A program made the translations under genes and the position numbers. A stretch of 64,000 nucleotides of DNA from Pseudomonadota bacterium. GTDB lineage: Bacteria; Pseudomonadota; Alphaproteobacteria; RF32; CAG-239. This document shows positions 60,232 through 64,000 of this stretch, piece by piece (the stretch's first letter is position 1; each line of letters opens with the position of its first letter). The stretch lies in NCBI GenBank assembly GCA_918234285.1, contig CAKJXZ020000003.1, positions 70,933 to 134,932 on the forward strand, in the 5' to 3' direction. Under the pieces are notes generated by a model. The model searched no databases. It was not told the DNA's origin and saw only the letters and a list, made by a program, of their open reading frames with translations.

Positions 60232-60696
60232 ATGGTAGACTTTATTACGGAATTCAATTACGACGAATTGGTAGAAAAATCTTTGCGCAACGTAATTTAT
60301 TATGCGCTGAAGGTTGTGGAGGAACAGGGTTTACCGGGCGAAAACCATTTTTATATAACTTTTCACACGGATTTTCGCGGAGTCGTTCTTTCCAAAAATC
60401 TTAAGATTCAGTATCCGGATACCATGACCATTGTGCTGCAAAACCAATTTGATAATTTGGTGGTGCGGCACAACAGCTTTTCGGTTGATTTGAGCTTTGG
60501 CGGCATTCCGCAAACCATTACCATTCCGTATGATGCCATTACTTATTTTGCCGATCCGTATGCCAAATTCGGCCTAAGTTTCGAACACGATGATATCGAT
60601 GCCTTAAGCGCCTCAGAGGCCGACAGCGACGAAAACCCTCGCAAAGCCGGCAATGCCGAAGTAATTTCCATCGACAACTGGCGTAAAAAATCATGA
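60232..60696 (+). CDS. sspB: ClpXP adaptor SspB (alphaproteobacterial type)
   Basis: ...GLPGENHFYITFHTDFRGVVLSKNLKIQYPDTMTIVLQNQFDNLVV....FSVDLSFGG......IPYDAITYFADPYAKFGLSF matches the SspB-alpha pattern. Confidence 0.8.
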   Translation: MVDFITEFNYDELVEKSLRNVIYYALKVVEEQGLPGENHFYITFHTDFRGVVLSKNLKIQYPDTMTIVLQNQFDNLVVRHNSFSVDLSFGGIPQTITIPYDAITYFADPYAKFGLSFEHDDIDALSASEADSDENPRKAGNAEVISIDNWRKKS

Positions 60697-60914
60697 TTAA
60701 AATTTCGGTATTAATCGCCGGCAGACATGCCACCAGCATCAGCTTGGAAGAAGAATTTTACGAAGAATTCTTAAGCATCGCGGCCGAAATGAAAATGAGT
60801 CGCAACCAACTGATTACACTTATTGATCGTACGCGCAAAGCCGAAAATCTTTCCAGCGCCGTACGTTTGTTTGTTTTGCAATATTATAAAGAAAAATCAG
60901 CTGCGCCAAAATGA
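60693..60914 (+). CDS. ribbon-helix-helix (RHH_4-type) protein
   Basis: ...RHATSISLEEEFYEEFLSIAAEMKMSRNQLITLIDRTRKAENLSSAVRLFVLQYY is typical of the alphaproteobacterial RHH_4 family. Confidence 0.7.
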   Translation: MIKISVLIAGRHATSISLEEEFYEEFLSIAAEMKMSRNQLITLIDRTRKAENLSSAVRLFVLQYYKEKSAAPK

Positions 60915-62333
60915 TTTGGTACCGATTACCAAAAAAGTGATGATTTCCAAGCGTCCGAGCAACATGGCAAAACATAGCAGCGATTTTACCGTCTGCGAGA
61001 AGAAGGCATAATTTCCTTCCGGCCCGATAATATCGATTGCGCCTACTCCCACATTGGTAATGCAGGCGGTTACCGCCGCTAAAGAAGTTCGCAAATCCAA
61101 CCCGCAAGCACTGACAATAACCGTCAGCCCCAACAGCGAAATCATAAAGGCAAAAACATACACAAAAACCGACATGGTTGCCCGCTCCGGCATATTTATA
61201 TCCCCTATTTTCATCAACGTTACCCGATTCGGCTCCACCGCCGAAATAGTATATTTTTTCAAAAACGCATAAATCACCTGCCAACGGAAAATCTTAATTG
61301 AACCGGTAGTTGAGCCGGTACATCCTCCGGAAAGCGACAACAGCAAAATCACCGCGGGAACCCATGGCCCCCATGCCGTATAATCGCAAGAAGACAGACC
61401 GGTTGTCGTCGTAATGGCTATCACGGTGAAAAAGCCGTAACGCAGCGCGTACCATAGCGAATAATCAGACATCAGATACATATATCCGCTCAAAATAACC
61501 CCGAGGAAAAACACCGTTTTCAAAAATACTCTGACCTGCCGATTACGATCCGGGGACGTACGGCGATACAGCAAAATATAGAAGGTCATCGGCAACGCTC
61601 CGACCAACATAAACAGCATTATTACCAACTCTATCGGAAAACTGTCAAACGATGCAACCGAATGATTCATTGAAGAAAATCCGCCGGTGCCGATGGCCGA
61701 CATGGCATGGTTGATTGCATTAAACACGTCCATTCCGCACAAATACAACGCACCGACTGCCAACACAGTCAAAAACAAATACACCGACACGATTCGCTTG
61801 GCGATATAGCTGAATTTAGGCATAAATTTGTCGTTTGAATCCGAGTTTTCGTGCTGAAATATCTGCATGCCGCCGATGCCCAAAAACGGTAACAGAGCAA
61901 CAGCGAAAATCACGATTCCCAAGCCGCCTATATAATTTAAAAGTGAGCGCCACAACAATACCGAATGCGGCAGACTCTCCACATCACTCATAATAGAAGC
62001 GCCGGTTCCCGTAATTCCCGAAGTTGCCTCAAAAACGGCATCGATTACGCTGTCGACACTGTGATGAAACCAAAACGGAATTGCCGAAAACAAACAAACG
62101 GAAACCCAACAAACCGCCGTTATCAGATAACCCTGTTTTAAGGTAATTCGCTCAATCTTGGCATAATTGGCCAAAAACAGCGAAAATCCGAAAAACACCG
62201 AAATCAGAGCAGAACTCAAGAATGGCGACCAATCGCCGGCACTTTCGGTCAAATCCATTCCGGCCGGAATAAGCATAATCAGGCCCAAAACCCCCAGAAC
62301 ATAACCGCTTATCATTAAAACCGGCTGCCACAT
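60897..62333 (-). CDS. trkH: Trk-type potassium uptake protein TrkH
   Basis: A multi-TM protein with repeated pore-loop motifs (TGTGAS, IGTGGFS, TTTGLS, TGSTTGSIK). Confidence 0.9.
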   Translation of the reverse strand: MWQPVLMISGYVLGVLGLIMLIPAGMDLTESAGDWSPFLSSALISVFFGFSLFLANYAKIERITLKQGYLITAVCWVSVCLFSAIPFWFHHSVDSVIDAVFEATSGITGTGASIMSDVESLPHSVLLWRSLLNYIGGLGIVIFAVALLPFLGIGGMQIFQHENSDSNDKFMPKFSYIAKRIVSVYLFLTVLAVGALYLCGMDVFNAINHAMSAIGTGGFSSMNHSVASFDSFPIELVIMLFMLVGALPMTFYILLYRRTSPDRNRQVRVFLKTVFFLGVILSGYMYLMSDYSLWYALRYGFFTVIAITTTTGLSSCDYTAWGPWVPAVILLLSLSGGCTGSTTGSIKIFRWQVIYAFLKKYTISAVEPNRVTLMKIGDINMPERATMSVFVYVFAFMISLLGLTVIVSACGLDLRTSLAAVTACITNVGVGAIDIIGPEGNYAFFSQTVKSLLCFAMLLGRLEIITFLVIGTKSFWRS

Positions 62334-62347
62334 TTTATTTCTCCGCC

Positions 62348-63337
62348 TTATTTAAGCGCAATATTTCGAGCCAAATTGCGCTCTGTCAAAACTTTATTGA
62401 TAAAAGCTTTTTCCGTAAAGCATAATGCGGTAGCTGCTTGCGTTTGTGGGGCATAAGCCACAATTTCGCATCTTACCGCATTTTTCGAGACCAAGTCCTC
62501 CAAATATGCCTGTGCCGCCGCATAATCATATTCCTTCGGGTCGGTATAAATCCCATATAAAAACACAAACGTATCATCAACATACAAACTGTTCGGACCC
62601 ACGATTTCTGCCGCGCCGTATAAAACCTCCGGCTCAGGCAAATAAACCAATCCCCGGTTTTCCGCAACTTCATAGTAGTCGGTCAGCTTACCGGTATAAA
62701 AATCTTCTCCGGTCGGTTTTTTGATTTTTTTAATTTTCTTAGGTTTTTCAATCAGCGGTTCTTCCTTTTTATCTTCGGCCAGAACTTCGGTTGTCGTAAT
62801 CAAAACTTCTTCTTTATCCGCAGTTTCATCAACACTTTCTTCTACAACATGAGCCTTTTCAAAGCGCGGTTTAACCGGATTCTTTTGTGTTTCGGTGCGA
62901 ACAACCGCTCCGGCAAAACCGGCAGTAGGTTTATATTTCGCCTTCTTAAATTTCGGCACATTCCAAGCCACAAAATGTTTTCTCTCCGGCTCTTCCGTGG
63001 CGCTCGAACCGGTCTTACCTTTTTGCGCCGCTATTGCTTCCGACACCGTATTCTTTATTTGCTCAATGCGTTCTGACATATCAGAGAAAGCCTTATCTTT
63101 AGCCTCGCTGATTTTTTTATCGGCAGAAGCGGAATGATACAAGCCGGAAATATGACTTAAGCCTATGCCGTAATATGAATGCACAACCAAAAACAGTAAC
63201 CCTACCGCCAACAAAATCAGCAAAATCTGCCAAAAGCGGCGAATCGGAAACGTAATCAGCATAACCAAACGATGTATCCACGCCCAAATACCGCTTAAAC
63301 GCAATTCGCCCCAATTTCCGATTCCTTTGAAATTCAT
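62348..63337 (-). CDS. membrane-anchored hypothetical protein with a weakly thermonuclease(SNase)-like C-terminal domain
   Basis: An N-terminal TM, a charged Lys/Glu linker, and a C-terminal ...GPNSLYVDDTFVFLYGIYTD....A..YL..LV....V.C... reminiscent of the SNase fold but lacking obvious catalytic residues. Its start overlaps the metG stop (ATGA). Confidence 0.55.
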   Translation of the reverse strand: MNFKGIGNWGELRLSGIWAWIHRLVMLITFPIRRFWQILLILLAVGLLFLVVHSYYGIGLSHISGLYHSASADKKISEAKDKAFSDMSERIEQIKNTVSEAIAAQKGKTGSSATEEPERKHFVAWNVPKFKKAKYKPTAGFAGAVVRTETQKNPVKPRFEKAHVVEESVDETADKEEVLITTTEVLAEDKKEEPLIEKPKKIKKIKKPTGEDFYTGKLTDYYEVAENRGLVYLPEPEVLYGAAEIVGPNSLYVDDTFVFLYGIYTDPKEYDYAAAQAYLEDLVSKNAVRCEIVAYAPQTQAATALCFTEKAFINKVLTERNLARNIALK

Positions 63338-64000
63338 TTATTTCCTCCGTATTTTTCCTGCAGTTCTGCCGCTTTTTCCGGCGTAATACGCTCAAACAGT
63401 GCCTCACCGGCCTCAAACGGTGTTCCCGGCTTCAGTGCCGTAATCTGCTCGGCAACGTTAAAGTTTTTAAGCGTCGGCATATCTTCCGGTTTCAGCCCGA
63501 ATTTTGCCAACATTTTTTCTGCGGTTTGCGGCAGCAACGGTGCGCTCAAAATTGCATAAATCCGCACCAAATTGAGGCACAGACGCAAAATCGTCGCCGC
63601 CCGCGTTTCATCTTCCTTAATTACCTGCCACGGCTCGGTTTTGGTAATATAGTTATTACCCTCAACCCAAATCGCCCGCAGTTCGGCCACCGCTTTTCTG
63701 AATTCCATCGCATCCATATATTTGAAATAGTCGTTAACTCGTGCTTGAACCGCCGCAATCATTTCCTTATCCTCTGTCAGCAGTTCTCCGCCTTGCGGTA
63801 CAACGCTGCCGAGTTTGGAAGCCGTCATTTTCATCACGCGTTGAGCAAAGTTACCCAGCACCCCGTTCAAATCCTTATTGATGGTGCCGACAAAGCTGTC
63901 AAACGTAAACGAAGAATCCGACGCTTCCGGCGCATTAGCCATTAACCAATAGCGCCAATAATCGGCCGGAAATTCCGCCACGGCATCTTCGGCAAACACT
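63334..64000 (-). CDS. metG: methionyl-tRNA synthetase (C-terminal anticodon-binding part; the 5' end lies outside the window)
   Basis: ...YWRYWLMANAPEASDSSFTFDSF....N.DL...LGNF..R... is typical of the MetRS anticodon-binding domain. Confidence 0.9.
   Translation of the reverse strand, partial: VFAEDAVAEFPADYWRYWLMANAPEASDSSFTFDSFVGTINKDLNGVLGNFAQRVMKMTASKLGSVVPQGGELLTEDKEMIAAVQARVNDYFKYMDAMEFRKAVAELRAIWVEGNNYITKTEPWQVIKEDETRAATILRLCLNLVRIYAILSAPLLPQTAEKMLAKFGLKPEDMPTLKNFNVAEQITALKPGTPFEAGEALFERITPEKAAELQEKYGGNK

Noticed and set aside
60174-60404. ORF 60174..60404 (+) overlapping the tmRNA 3' end and sspB.
   Set aside because: It is out of frame with the well-supported sspB ORF and starts inside the tmRNA terminator hairpin.

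Overview
This is a gene-dense, moderately AT-rich chromosomal segment that I assign to an alphaproteobacterium. The assignment rests on a CtrA-type response regulator, GcrA, an alpha-type SspB, an RHH_4-type protein, a 41-aa bL36, and a circularly permuted two-piece tmRNA encoding the tag ANDNFAPVAVAA. A HydE-like radical-SAM gene hints at an anaerobic lifestyle.

Most of the window is housekeeping:
- Translation and RNA: rpmJ, tRNA-Arg(TCT), tRNA-Pro(CGG), tRNA-Glu(CTC), rplK-rplA, rpsD, tilS, queA, the metG 3' end, and ssrA next to sspB.
- Cell cycle and division: ctrA followed by a pilin-like gene, gcrA, mraZ-rsmH-ftsL-ftsI, pal, cpoB, ftsK.
- Envelope and metabolism: htpX, kdsB, a cyclophilin PPIase, an OprB-like porin, fabD-fabG, lgt, trkH.

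The unusual content is:
1. An AT-rich island at 44.8-48.3 kb between ftsK and rpsD. It carries a MuF-domain/GH24-lysozyme-like polymorphic-toxin array with one orphan C-terminal cassette, three copies of a conserved recombination block, and convergent signal-peptide (immunity-like) genes. No other phage genes are present.
2. A RimK-like ATP-grasp / 7TM inactive-transglutaminase / two retropepsin-like (DUF785) gene cluster of unknown function.
3. Two families of structured intergenic repeats that abut the stop codons of minus-strand genes.
4. GC-rich, tRNA-derived structured repeats next to all three tRNA genes.
5. Several orphan proteins: a Cys-rich secreted protein, two ACP-fold proteins lacking the Ser, a free-standing RpoA alpha-CTD-like protein, and an 871-aa protein with two Gly/Ala-rich hydrophobic hairpins.

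I saw no rRNA, CRISPR array, transposase or integrase. All calls come from reading the sequence and ORF track and from remembered family motifs. No database search, HMM or folding program was run, so functional names are provisional and non-CDS coordinates are approximate to a few nucleotides.
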